Assembly (NCBI GenBank): GCA_963675665.1 | Contig: OY776510.1 | Coordinates: 3,360,001 to 3,424,000, forward strand | Source: Spirochaetia bacterium | Lineage (GTDB): Bacteria; Spirochaetota; Spirochaetia; UBA9216 | DNA: 64,000 nucleotides | Direction of reading: 5' to 3' | Shown: piece after piece, positions 18,791 to 27,492 of the stretch | Layout: each line of letters starts with the position of its first letter | Numbering within the stretch: the first letter of the stretch is position 1 | Position numbers and translations under genes: made by a program | Notes under the pieces: generated by a model | Database searches by the model: none | Seen by the model: only the letters and a program-made list of their open reading frames with translations | What the model was told of the DNA's origin: nothing

Positions 18791-19777
18791 ATGCTTAAAA
18801 AAGAAAAATTACTTGAAAAGGAAAATTCCGGTATTACTAAAAAATTACTGGAGAATATGCTTTTAATAAGGCGTTTTGAAGAACTCTCGGCACGGATGTA
18901 CGGATTGAGAAAAATCGGGGGTTTTTGCCATCTTTACATTGGAGAAGAAGCAGTTGCAGCAGGATCAATAAATGCACTTGATCTTTCAACAGACTACGTT
19001 GTTGCAGCATACCGTGATCACGGACATGCTTTAGCCTGCGGCATGGACCCGAATAAGGTTATGGCTGAACTTTACGGAAAGGCAACAGGGTGCAGCAAAG
19101 GAAAAGGCGGGTCCATGCACATGTATGATTCTGAACGGCATATGTTCGGAGGAAACGGAATTGTGGGAGGACAAATACCTGTTGCTGCAGGTGTTGCTTT
19201 CAAAATTGCATATAGAAAAGAAAAAGGAGTTGTTCTCTGTTTTTTCGGCGACGGTGCTATTCATCAGGGCAGTTTTCACGAAAGTTTGAACCTGTCAAAA
19301 ATTTATAACCTTCCGGTAATTTATATATGTGAGAATAACCAATACGGAATGGGAACGGATTTCAGAAGAGTATCTTCGGTCGAAGATTTTTCAGTAATGG
19401 GGGCCTCTTACGGAATAGAAGGTAAGCAGGTCAACGGGATGGATGCTCTTGAAGTTTACACAGCGGTAAAGAATCTTGCAGATGATATTCGAAAAAGCCC
19501 CGGGCCGGGCTTTCTGGAAATAAAAACCTACAGGTATAAAGGACATTCAATGAGTGATCCGGCAAAATATCGAACAAAAGAAGAACTGGCTGAATATAAA
19601 CTGAGGGACCCTGTCGAACTTCTAAAAGTGAGAATGATTGAGGCGGGCCAGATTACCGAGGCTGAATATGCAGAAATGAATAAGCAGGCCGTGAAAACAG
19701 CTGATGAAGCGGCGGAATTTTCGGAGAACAGCCCGGAGCCGGATGCTGATGAAATTTTCAGCGATGTTTATGCTTAG
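18791..19777 (+). CDS. pdhA: Pyruvate dehydrogenase E1 alpha
   Basis: GFCHLYIGEEA, GGSMH, FGDGA...ENN (TPP binding) and TYRYKGHSMSDP motifs. Confidence 0.95.
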   Translation: MLKKEKLLEKENSGITKKLLENMLLIRRFEELSARMYGLRKIGGFCHLYIGEEAVAAGSINALDLSTDYVVAAYRDHGHALACGMDPNKVMAELYGKATGCSKGKGGSMHMYDSERHMFGGNGIVGGQIPVAAGVAFKIAYRKEKGVVLCFFGDGAIHQGSFHESLNLSKIYNLPVIYICENNQYGMGTDFRRVSSVEDFSVMGASYGIEGKQVNGMDALEVYTAVKNLADDIRKSPGPGFLEIKTYRYKGHSMSDPAKYRTKEELAEYKLRDPVELLKVRMIEAGQITEAEYAEMNKQAVKTADEAAEFSENSPEPDADEIFSDVYA

Positions 19778-19786
19778 GAGAAGATT

Positions 19787-20761
19787 ATGGAAATGACTTT
19801 CAGAGAAGCATTGAATCAGGCAATGAGTGAAGAAATGCGTCGTGATGACAGTGTGTTTCTTATTGGAGAGGAAGTCGCGCAATATAACGGAGCATACAAG
19901 GTTAGCCAGGGTATGCTTGATGAATTCGGGCCGGAAAGGATACTTGATTCACCAATTACCGAGGAAGGCTTTACCGGATTGGGAGTCGGTGCGGCAATGG
20001 CCGGCCTGAGACCGATTGTAGAATGGATGACGTTCAACTTTTCACTGATGGCAATAGATCAGGTTGTAAATAATGCAGCAAAAACACGATACATGTCCGG
20101 CGGCCAGTTCTCCTTCCCCATGGTGCTGAGGGGGCCAAACGGTCCTGCGGAATATCTTGCAGCACAACACTCGCAGGCGCTGCAATCGCTGTATGCGCAT
20201 ATCCCCGGATTGAAAGTTTGCGCACCGTCGACACCATATGATGCAAAAGGAATGCTGAAGAGTGCAATACGGGACGATAACCCTGTTATTTTCCTTGAAG
20301 CCGAAATGATGTATTCGTGGAAAGGTGATGTCCCTGAAGAAGAGTATCTTGTACCGTTGGGAAAAGCTGAAATAAGAAAAGAAGGCAGGGATGTAACAAT
20401 TGCCGGCTACTCTAAACCGATGCGGAATATTATTGAGGCCGCTGATGCTTTTGAAAAACGCGGAATCAGCTGTGAAATTATTGACCTGAGGTCGATCAGG
20501 CCGCTTGATGAATTAACTATATTTAACTCGGTCAAAAAAACAAACAGGATAGTTATTGTTGATGAAGCATGGCCGGTAGCAAGTGTAGGATCATGGTTGT
20601 CGTCAATTGTTACAAAAAATTGTTTTGATGATCTTGATGCGCCGCCCGAACTTGTAGCAATGGAAGATGTGCCGATGCCGTACAACAGAAAACTTGAAAA
20701 GCTTGCCGGCGTCAGTACCGACAAGATAATTAAGGCTGTTGAGACGGTGCTGTATTTATAA
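19787..20761 (+). CDS. pdhB: Pyruvate dehydrogenase E1 beta
   Basis: GEEVAQYNGAYKV, DSPITE, AAQHSQ and DLRSIRPLD motifs. Confidence 0.95.
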   Translation: MEMTFREALNQAMSEEMRRDDSVFLIGEEVAQYNGAYKVSQGMLDEFGPERILDSPITEEGFTGLGVGAAMAGLRPIVEWMTFNFSLMAIDQVVNNAAKTRYMSGGQFSFPMVLRGPNGPAEYLAAQHSQALQSLYAHIPGLKVCAPSTPYDAKGMLKSAIRDDNPVIFLEAEMMYSWKGDVPEEEYLVPLGKAEIRKEGRDVTIAGYSKPMRNIIEAADAFEKRGISCEIIDLRSIRPLDELTIFNSVKKTNRIVIVDEAWPVASVGSWLSSIVTKNCFDDLDAPPELVAMEDVPMPYNRKLEKLAGVSTDKIIKAVETVLYL

Positions 20762-20771
20762 GGATATTGTT

Positions 20772-21995
20772 ATGGCTGAAAAATTATATATGATAGCGCT
20801 TTCACCGACTATGGAGCAGGGGAAAATAACCGAATGGCATAAAAAAGAAGGCGATAGTGTAAAAAACGGCGATGTCCTTTGTGAAGTTGAGACTGATAAA
20901 GCAGTAATGGAATACGAAGCAGATTTTGATGCGGTACTTTTAAAGATACTGGCTTCTGAAGGACAAAGCGCGTCAGTAGGTGATGTTATTGCTGTTTACG
21001 GTGAGAAAGGTGAAACCTATTCCGGAATAGCTGTAGCCGAGAGTAAGAATATTGAAAGTATTCGAAGCAATGATGTTGGGAAAATCAGGGAGAACGAATT
21101 CTCAACCGAAACGAATCATGAAAGAATTAAATCATCGCCTCTTGCAAGAAAAATAGCCAAAAGTCTAAAAATCGATTTGGATACTGTTCAGGGCAGCGGT
21201 TTTAACGGAAGGATAATAAAAAGAGACATCGAAAGGGTGATGGAATCAACCCAAAGCACCGATTTTGCCGATAGAGGAAAATCAACGAATACCGTTGAAT
21301 CAGGTTCTGAACTAATCAGCGTCAGCTCAATGAGAAACACTATTGCGAAACGTCTTTCAGCATCAAAGTTCTCTGCGCCACATTTTTATCTGACCGTACA
21401 AGCCGACATGAGTTATATTATTTCGGCAAGAGAAGAACATGAAAGAAGGACAGGGGAAAAAATATCATTCAATTCGTATCTCATTAAATTATCAGCCGCC
21501 GCTTTAAAAAAACATCCTGTAGTTAATTCAGCCTGGGAGAATGATAAAATAAGAAAATTTCTGTCAGCCGACATCGGGTTTGCAGTAGCTCTTGAAGAAG
21601 GGCTTATTGCGCCGGTTATCAGAAACTGCGGCGCCAAGGGGATCTCGGAAATTGACAACGAATTTAAGATTCTGGCGGATAAAGCAAGAAACGGCTCTAT
21701 TGTTTCCGCGGAATATTCAGGTGCCGGTTTTTCAATAAGTAATCTCGGAAGTCTGGGTATAGAGGAATTTACTGCGATAATTAACCCTCCGGGTTCTGCC
21801 ATACTTGCTTTGGGTGCAATAATAAAAAAACCGGTTGTTGTTACGGATGATGAAGGTACTGATGCTGTAGTTGTGAAACCGGTGATGAAAATGACGCTTT
21901 CATGTGATCACCGTGTTATTGACGGTGCTGCGGGCGCTGCATTTTTGGCTGATCTTAAAAGGATGATTGAAAACCCTGTTGAAGCTTTGATGTAG
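20772..21995 (+). CDS. pdhC: Pyruvate dehydrogenase E2 dihydrolipoamide acetyltransferase
   Basis: Lipoyl domain VETDKA, E3-binding SPLARK..GSG..GRI, catalytic DHRVIDG; ATG at 20772 with AAGGA SD. Confidence 0.93.
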   Translation: MAEKLYMIALSPTMEQGKITEWHKKEGDSVKNGDVLCEVETDKAVMEYEADFDAVLLKILASEGQSASVGDVIAVYGEKGETYSGIAVAESKNIESIRSNDVGKIRENEFSTETNHERIKSSPLARKIAKSLKIDLDTVQGSGFNGRIIKRDIERVMESTQSTDFADRGKSTNTVESGSELISVSSMRNTIAKRLSASKFSAPHFYLTVQADMSYIISAREEHERRTGEKISFNSYLIKLSAAALKKHPVVNSAWENDKIRKFLSADIGFAVALEEGLIAPVIRNCGAKGISEIDNEFKILADKARNGSIVSAEYSGAGFSISNLGSLGIEEFTAIINPPGSAILALGAIIKKPVVVTDDEGTDAVVVKPVMKMTLSCDHRVIDGAAGAAFLADLKRMIENPVEALM

Positions 21996-21996
21996 T

Positions 21997-22031
21997 AAAA
22001 AAAACGCCTGCGGATAAAAAATCCGCAGGCG
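21997..22031 (-). terminator. Terminator between convergent pdhC and hypothetical gene
   Basis: CGCCTGCGGAT-AAAAA-ATCCGCAGGCG 11-bp stem, T8 tract on the minus strand. Confidence 0.85.
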
Positions 22032-22055
22032 CTGAAAATATCGGAAAAAATAATA

Positions 22056-22526
22056 TTACTCTTCCATAAAATCTTTTAGATAGCCGAAATCTTTGCCGTT
22101 AGCTGTTAATAGTACCAAGTCTTCATCATCAGTCTGCATTTTCAAGGTACTAATATTCCCGCCTTTTAGTTTTACGTCAAGATTCATATTGCCGTTCTCA
22201 TCAACAGTGATATTCCCGCTCATCGTTTCAAAATAAAAATCAGGCATTTCATATTCAGCATCAGGGTCCGTATCTCCGAATGAATTGATATATTCTGCAG
22301 CATTGAAATTATCAAAGATCATAGATGATTTTCCGGTTGTCATATCCATGTCTACCTGTACACCCTCAGGCGGTTCTCCGAACATGGATGACAGAAAAAC
22401 AATACCGAATGATGCCATAACTGCAGAGGCAGTTTCCTGAACTTCTGCATCGGAAGGATTCTGGGCAAATGCCGCGGCAGGCAAAAGAACTGCTGCAATT
22501 ACTATCAGAAACAAGATTTTTTTCAT
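22056..22526 (-). CDS. Hypothetical exported acidic protein
   Basis: Signal peptide ending AAAFA; AGGAG SD; no recognised domain. Confidence 0.75.
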   Translation of the reverse strand: MKKILFLIVIAAVLLPAAAFAQNPSDAEVQETASAVMASFGIVFLSSMFGEPPEGVQVDMDMTTGKSSMIFDNFNAAEYINSFGDTDPDAEYEMPDFYFETMSGNITVDENGNMNLDVKLKGGNISTLKMQTDDEDLVLLTANGKDFGYLKDFMEE

Positions 22527-22675
22527 TTATTTCTCCTACATAAATTCATGCTTTAAACTGCACCGCAGCTTAAAGGCAAGGCTTGTGAGATGAAGTGTAA
22601 TGAGTAATAATAAAACACTTCAAAATGATTAAATTGTACGGATGCAATTTAATCATTACTCCTTTATCAAGATAG

Positions 22676-22684
22676 ATTATAGCA
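22676..22684 (-). promoter_or_regulatory. Extended -10 promoter
   Basis: TG-C-TATAAT on the minus strand just downstream of the EF-G II terminator, about 150 nt upstream of the 22526 ATG. Confidence 0.6.
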
Positions 22685-22704
22685 CCTGTAAAATTAAATA
22701 CCAG

Positions 22705-22728
22705 AAAAAAACCTCCCTTTCGGGAGGT
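22705..22728 (-). terminator. Intrinsic terminator of EF-G II gene
   Basis: ACCTCCC-GAAA-GGGAGGT followed by T6 on the minus strand. Confidence 0.9.
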
Positions 22729-22742
22729 AAATAATTTATATT

Positions 22743-22811
22743 AGCTACTCATCCTTCGCAGCTGAAAGCTACTCATCCTTCGCAGCTGAAAGCTACTCAT
22801 CCTTCGCAGCT
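22743..22811. repeat. 24-bp tandem repeat (about 2.9 copies) spanning the EF-G II stop codon
   Basis: agctactcatccttcgcagctgaa at 22743-22766 and 22767-22790, plus the 21-nt core at 22791-22811; exact copies. Confidence 0.95.
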
Positions 22812-24871
22812 TTTGCTTCGGCAATTACTTTATCAGCTATTGCGCCTGAGATAGGATCATAGTGATCAAATTCCATTTCAAAAGAAGCGGTGCCTGATGT
22901 AATGGAACGAAGATCAACTGAGTAATTAAGCATTTCTCCCTGCGGTACCTGGGCGTCGATTTCCAGTATGCCGCCCCCGAGAGGTTCCTGTCCGAGAACC
23001 CTGCCGCGTTTTGAGCTGAGATCAGACAGAATATCACCCATGTATTGTTCTTCACAGAAAACCTTAAGGTTCATAATAGGTTCAAGAAGTTTGACGCCGG
23101 CTTTATCAAAAGCCGCTTTGAGAGCTCCCTTTCCGGCCAGTTTAAAGGCCATTTCAGAAGAATCAACCGGATGCTCCTTACCGTCGATAATACGGGCTTC
23201 AATATCTACTACCGGATAACCTGCAAGGTATCCTTCTTCCATTGCTTCAAGAACACCCTTTTCAATACCCGGCATATATCCTTTTGATATTGAACCGCCC
23301 TTGATAGCGTTCTCAAATCTGAGATGTTCGCCGCGGTCGATAGGTTTGATTTCCATAATAACCCTGCCGTACTGACCGTGACCGCCGGACTGTTTTTTAT
23401 GAGTATATTCAGCACTTGCCGGTTTGGTTATACATTCGCGGTATGCTATACGGGGTTTACGGGTCTCAATACCTATTTTACCCCTTTCCTTGATGCCGTC
23501 GAGGACAATATTCAGATGCAGTTCGCCCATGCTTGAAACAACGGTTTCCTTGGTTTCAGCGTTGTATCTAACCTGGAAAGTAAGATCCTGATCTGCCGCC
23601 CTCTGTAGGAACTGGTTCAGCTTGTCTTCTTCTTTTTTGCTTTCCGCTGAAATTGCAACGGAATGTACAGGTTGCGGAAGTTTCAGTTTATCATAATGAA
23701 TGGCATGTTCACTTGCCGTACAGAAAGAGTCGTTTGTTCCTGCGCTTTCAATTTTGGAAAAAATACCGATATCTCCCGCGTACAGTTCCTTGCATTCTAC
23801 AAGTTTTTTACCTACGGATTTATAAATTTTGCCGATTCGTTCCTTCTTGTGATCAACTGTATTGATGTATTCGGCATCGGGTTTAAAAACACCTGTAACT
23901 ACCTTGAAAAAAGAAAGACGGCCGGAAAACTGATCGATTGTAGTCTTGAAGACGAATGCAGTAGTAGCTTTTTCAGAATCAAAATCTACAATTTCTTCAT
24001 TTCCGTCATCATCAAAAGCCTTCTCTTTAAGACCGATCGGAGACGGGGCATTGTTTGCAATAAAATTCAGCAGAGAAGTTATACCGCTGTTGAGTTCGGC
24101 TGCTCCGCAGAGAACCGGAACAATTTTATTTGCCTTCAAACCTTCTTCAAGGCCATGCCTGATTTCGTCTTCGGACAAGGTCCCTTCTTCGAAATATTTT
24201 TCAAGAAGTTCATCATCACCTTCAGCGGCGGATTCAATTGTTGTGAGTCTGTATTCTTCAACGATATCGGACATATCCGCAGGAATTTCTGATGCTACTT
24301 CTTTCCCCCCGTTTTCCGGAACAATATATGCCTTGTTTTCAATAAGGTTAACGATTCCTTTGTAGGTATTACCTGCGCCTATGGGAATGGTAACAGGAAC
24401 CAGCGGGATTTTAAATTTGTCTTTCAGATCAGCAAAGCTGGCATCAAAATCAGCACGTTCCTTGTTCATTTTATTGATAAAAGCAATTCTGGGCATGTTG
24501 CGGGAGTTCAGTCTGCGCCACAGCTTAAGCGTTTCTATCTGAACGCCGGCATCTGCAGCTATAAGCATTAACCCCATTTCTGCCGCCCTGAAACCGGCAA
24601 CAACTTCTCCTATAAAATCCGAAGCGCCTGGAGTATCCAGAATGTTTATCTGTTTGTCATTCCATATAAGGTTGGAAAAACTGGTGTGAATTGAAATCTT
24701 TCTTGAAATTTCCTCTTCTGTGTAATCGCTGACAGTTTTTCCGCTGTCAACGCTTTCGGCTTTTGTAACGACATTTCCGTTAAAGAGCATTTGCTCAACC
24801 ACGGTTGTCTTTCCTGTGCTGCCGTGCCCTGCTACAGCAATATTTCGGATGGCACTGCTGGGAAAACTCAT
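22793..24871 (-). CDS. fusA: Elongation factor G-like protein (EF-G II type, divergent G domain)
   Basis: Five-domain EF-G layout; GHGSTGKTT, DTPGASDF, NKMN; intact KKQSGGHGQYG and HPVDSSEMAF. Confidence 0.9.
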   Translation of the reverse strand: MSFPSSAIRNIAVAGHGSTGKTTVVEQMLFNGNVVTKAESVDSGKTVSDYTEEEISRKISIHTSFSNLIWNDKQINILDTPGASDFIGEVVAGFRAAEMGLMLIAADAGVQIETLKLWRRLNSRNMPRIAFINKMNKERADFDASFADLKDKFKIPLVPVTIPIGAGNTYKGIVNLIENKAYIVPENGGKEVASEIPADMSDIVEEYRLTTIESAAEGDDELLEKYFEEGTLSEDEIRHGLEEGLKANKIVPVLCGAAELNSGITSLLNFIANNAPSPIGLKEKAFDDDGNEEIVDFDSEKATTAFVFKTTIDQFSGRLSFFKVVTGVFKPDAEYINTVDHKKERIGKIYKSVGKKLVECKELYAGDIGIFSKIESAGTNDSFCTASEHAIHYDKLKLPQPVHSVAISAESKKEEDKLNQFLQRAADQDLTFQVRYNAETKETVVSSMGELHLNIVLDGIKERGKIGIETRKPRIAYRECITKPASAEYTHKKQSGGHGQYGRVIMEIKPIDRGEHLRFENAIKGGSISKGYMPGIEKGVLEAMEEGYLAGYPVVDIEARIIDGKEHPVDSSEMAFKLAGKGALKAAFDKAGVKLLEPIMNLKVFCEEQYMGDILSDLSSKRGRVLGQEPLGGGILEIDAQVPQGEMLNYSVDLRSITSGTASFEMEFDHYDPISGAIADKVIAEAKAAKDE

Positions 24872-24904
24872 GATTGCTCCTTATTATTAGAGATTAGTTA
24901 GAAT

Positions 24905-24933
24905 ACTATAAGCGTGTAATTTGGAGCTGTCAA
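24905..24933 (-). promoter_or_regulatory. Sigma70-type promoter of the EF-G II gene
   Basis: TTGACA-17 bp-TATAGT on the minus strand; AAGGAG SD before ATG. Confidence 0.75.
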
Positions 24934-25002
24934 GGACTAATTGAGACAGGAATATAGTTGAATTATCATACTGCAGATCTATTTCGAAATAATTAAAAAT
25001 GT

Positions 25003-25050
25003 ACCGACAGCCAACATGATGTATGTATTTGTGTCATGTTAACTGTCGAT
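25003..25050 (-). other. Long hairpin downstream of EF-G2 stop (terminator or stability element)
   Basis: CGACAGTTAACATGA...TCATGTTGGCTGTCG with G-U wobbles on the minus strand, followed by ACATTTTT. Confidence 0.6.
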
Positions 25051-25061
25051 GTTGATTATGT

Positions 25062-27098
25062 TTAAAGGCCGCCTTCTTTAGGTGCGAAGTGACTGAATTC
25101 CATTGAAAATGTGCCGCGCCCCTGGGAGAGGGAACGAAGAATAGTGGAATAACCGAACATGCGTGAAAGCGGTGCCTGGGCATTAATATGTTCAATTGCC
25201 GGTCTGCTTTCAAGGCTGTGCACGATGCCTCCGCGGGTAGTTATATTATTAATTACTTCACCTATATAATCCTTGGGGCAGAGAACATCAACGCTCATAA
25301 TCGGCTCAAGAAGCAAAGGCTTTGCGCTGCGGCAAGCATTATCATAACCAAGCGCGGCTGCTGCCTCGAATGCAAAAGCTGTCGATGTAAGCTCATTGTA
25401 GTCAGCGCCTGTAAGCGTCACCCCGACATCGATACATGGATAGCCGAACATGATGCCGCTTGAAAATGAATTTACTACACCGCGTCTGACTGCATCCTGA
25501 AATTCGCGTGGCAATTCTGATTCAGGCACATTTGATGAAAATATGTTTCCGGAACCGCGATTCAGGGGAGACACTTTTAACGTAACTGCAGCTGTATTTT
25601 CCTTTCCTGCTACAATCTTGTTGAATTTCTCAGTGTGTTCCGAAACGGCACTGATTGATTCACGGTATGAAACCTGAGGATTGCCTATTTTTGCTTCAAC
25701 CTTGAATTCCCTGATTATTCTTGTTACGAGAACATCAATATGCAGTTCTCCCATACCCGATATTACAAGTTGTCCTGTTTCATCGTTTTCCCTGACCGTA
25801 AAGGTAGGATCTTCTCTGGTTAAAGTATTAAGACTTTTTTTGAGTTTATCCATATCGGACATTGTTTTGGGTTCTATTGCAACCGTTATAACCGGTTCAG
25901 GGAAATGCATGGATTCGAGAAGTACCTGCTGTCCCTCACTGCCAATTGTATCGCCGGTCTGAGCTTCCTTCATGCCTATGATTACGCCTATATCTCCGGC
26001 TGAAAGACTGGACAGGTCTTCTGATGTGTTCGAATGCATTCTGAGTATTCTGTTAAGCCTTTCGCGTTTGCGTTTGTTCATATTATAAACAGCAGTACCT
26101 TTTTTGATTACCCCGGAATAAACCCGGACAAAACACAACGCACCTGCTTCACGGTCATTCTGTATCTTAAAAACCAGAGCAAGTGGAGCGCCTTCAGAAG
26201 AGCGTTCGATTAAAATTTCATTTTCGTTCTTAACAGATATACCCGGAACAGGTGGCAGATCAGCCGGGGCCGGAAGATAGTCCACTATTCCGTCCAGAAG
26301 CGGCTGTACTCCAATATTTCTGAGAGATGCTCCGACAAATATCGGAACAAATTTCTGCCTGAGAACACCTTTTCGTATTGCAGCATTTAAAGTATCAAGC
26401 GGAATATCTTTGCCTTCAAGATATAGTTCCATAATTTCATCGGATACATTTCCGAGCTTGTCAAAAATATTTTCTTTCCACTTTTCCGCCAGTTCAGCAT
26501 GTTCGTCTGACAGCTCCCGGTATTCGAGGCCGGCTTTCGAATCATCTTCAGGCCAGAAAATTTCCCTCATGTTAAGAATATCGATAATGCCTTTAAAATC
26601 GGATTCCGATCCGATAGGCAGATACAGCGGAAGAGTTTCAGCACCAAGTTTTTCTTCAATTTCATCTACTACTGCAAAAAAGTCGGCGCCGATTCTGTCC
26701 ATCTTGTTTATATAAGCAATACGGGGAACATTATAGGTATCTGCCTGATGCCAGACTGTTTCAGACTGGGGTTCTACACCGCCGACTGCGCAAAAAATTG
26801 CGACTGCTCCATCCAGGACCCTTAGAGATCTTTCAACCTCAGCAGTGAAGTCAACATGACCCGGAGTATCAATAATATTAATCTGATGATCATTCCAGTA
26901 ACATGTTGTTGCTGCAGAAACTATTGTAATTCCGCGGTCCTGCTCCTGTTCCATCCAGTCCATAGTTGCTTCGCCGTCGTCAACTTCACCGATCCGGTGG
27001 CTTTTCCCGGTGTAAAAAAGAATTCTTTCGGTGGTTGTTGTCTTCCCGGCATCTATATGGGCCATAATCCCAATGTTTCTCATTTTCTCTACTGACAT
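25062..27098 (-). CDS. fusA: Elongation factor G paralogue, spirochete EF-G2 (ribosome-recycling) type
   Basis: Canonical [22 protein letters not shown] and NKMD; domain IV loops divergent. ATG at 27098 with GGAG SD. Confidence 0.9.
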   Translation of the reverse strand: MSVEKMRNIGIMAHIDAGKTTTTERILFYTGKSHRIGEVDDGEATMDWMEQEQDRGITIVSAATTCYWNDHQINIIDTPGHVDFTAEVERSLRVLDGAVAIFCAVGGVEPQSETVWHQADTYNVPRIAYINKMDRIGADFFAVVDEIEEKLGAETLPLYLPIGSESDFKGIIDILNMREIFWPEDDSKAGLEYRELSDEHAELAEKWKENIFDKLGNVSDEIMELYLEGKDIPLDTLNAAIRKGVLRQKFVPIFVGASLRNIGVQPLLDGIVDYLPAPADLPPVPGISVKNENEILIERSSEGAPLALVFKIQNDREAGALCFVRVYSGVIKKGTAVYNMNKRKRERLNRILRMHSNTSEDLSSLSAGDIGVIIGMKEAQTGDTIGSEGQQVLLESMHFPEPVITVAIEPKTMSDMDKLKKSLNTLTREDPTFTVRENDETGQLVISGMGELHIDVLVTRIIREFKVEAKIGNPQVSYRESISAVSEHTEKFNKIVAGKENTAAVTLKVSPLNRGSGNIFSSNVPESELPREFQDAVRRGVVNSFSSGIMFGYPCIDVGVTLTGADYNELTSTAFAFEAAAALGYDNACRSAKPLLLEPIMSVDVLCPKDYIGEVINNITTRGGIVHSLESRPAIEHINAQAPLSRMFGYSTILRSLSQGRGTFSMEFSHFAPKEGGL

Positions 27099-27233
27099 TA
27101 ATTTTCTCCGCGGGCATATTATCACAGAATGCTGTTACAATTAAAGACTATTTGTGAAATTAGATAAATGGAATATGTGTTTGCGCTGAATCAGCAGCCC
27201 TGAAATTAATCAGAAAATAATTACCGGGCCTTC

Positions 27234-27262
27234 TTGACAAAATTTTTGTACTCTGGTATTTT
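27234..27262 (+). promoter_or_regulatory. Sigma70-type promoter for tRNA-Val
   Basis: TTGACA-17 bp-TATTTT with TG extension. Confidence 0.65.
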
Positions 27263-27278
27263 CATTCACACGATGCAA

Positions 27279-27351
27279 GGGCGATTAGCTCAGTTGGGAG
27301 AGCGCCTGCCTTACAAGCAGGATGTCGGGGGTTCAAGTCCCTCATCGCCCA
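27279..27351 (+). tRNA. tRNA-Val (TAC)
   Basis: Acceptor GGGCGAT/ATCGCCC, anticodon arm CCTGC-CTTACAA-GCAGG, GTTCAAGTC T-loop; CCA not encoded. Confidence 0.97.
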
Positions 27352-27353
27352 TT

Positions 27354-27387
27354 AGACCATAAATCTGATTTATGGTCTTTTTTTTTA
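27354..27387 (+). terminator. Intrinsic terminator after tRNA-Val
   Basis: AGACCATAAAT-CTG-ATTTATGGTCT plus long T tract. Confidence 0.9.
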
Positions 27388-27457
27388 TGTAATGTTATTT
27401 AATGACATAGATATGGATATGTTTTTTTCCGGCATTAAAGGTAAGACAGAAGCGTAA

Positions 27458-27486
27458 TTGATATAAAAAAAGATTGCGAATATAAT
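27458..27486 (+). promoter_or_regulatory. Sigma70-type promoter of yggS
   Basis: TTGATA-17 bp-TATAAT, 6 nt before the ATG. Confidence 0.7.
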
Positions 27487-27492
27487 AAAGCT

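Noticed and set aside
22745-22795. Pyrrolysine or genome-wide amber recoding
   Set aside because: TAG clearly terminates many intact genes here (mfd, pdhA, pdhC, mutS2, uvrA), and no pyl genes or suppressor tRNA are present
22741-22800. Alternative-frame mini-ORF MSSFQLRRMSSFQLRRMSS inside the tandem repeat
   Set aside because: An automatic by-product of a 24-nt repeat containing ATG; no properly spaced SD
22743-22811. CRISPR-like array
   Set aside because: Repeats are head-to-tail with an identical 3-nt linker, there are no unique spacers and no cas genes, and one copy is coding sequence
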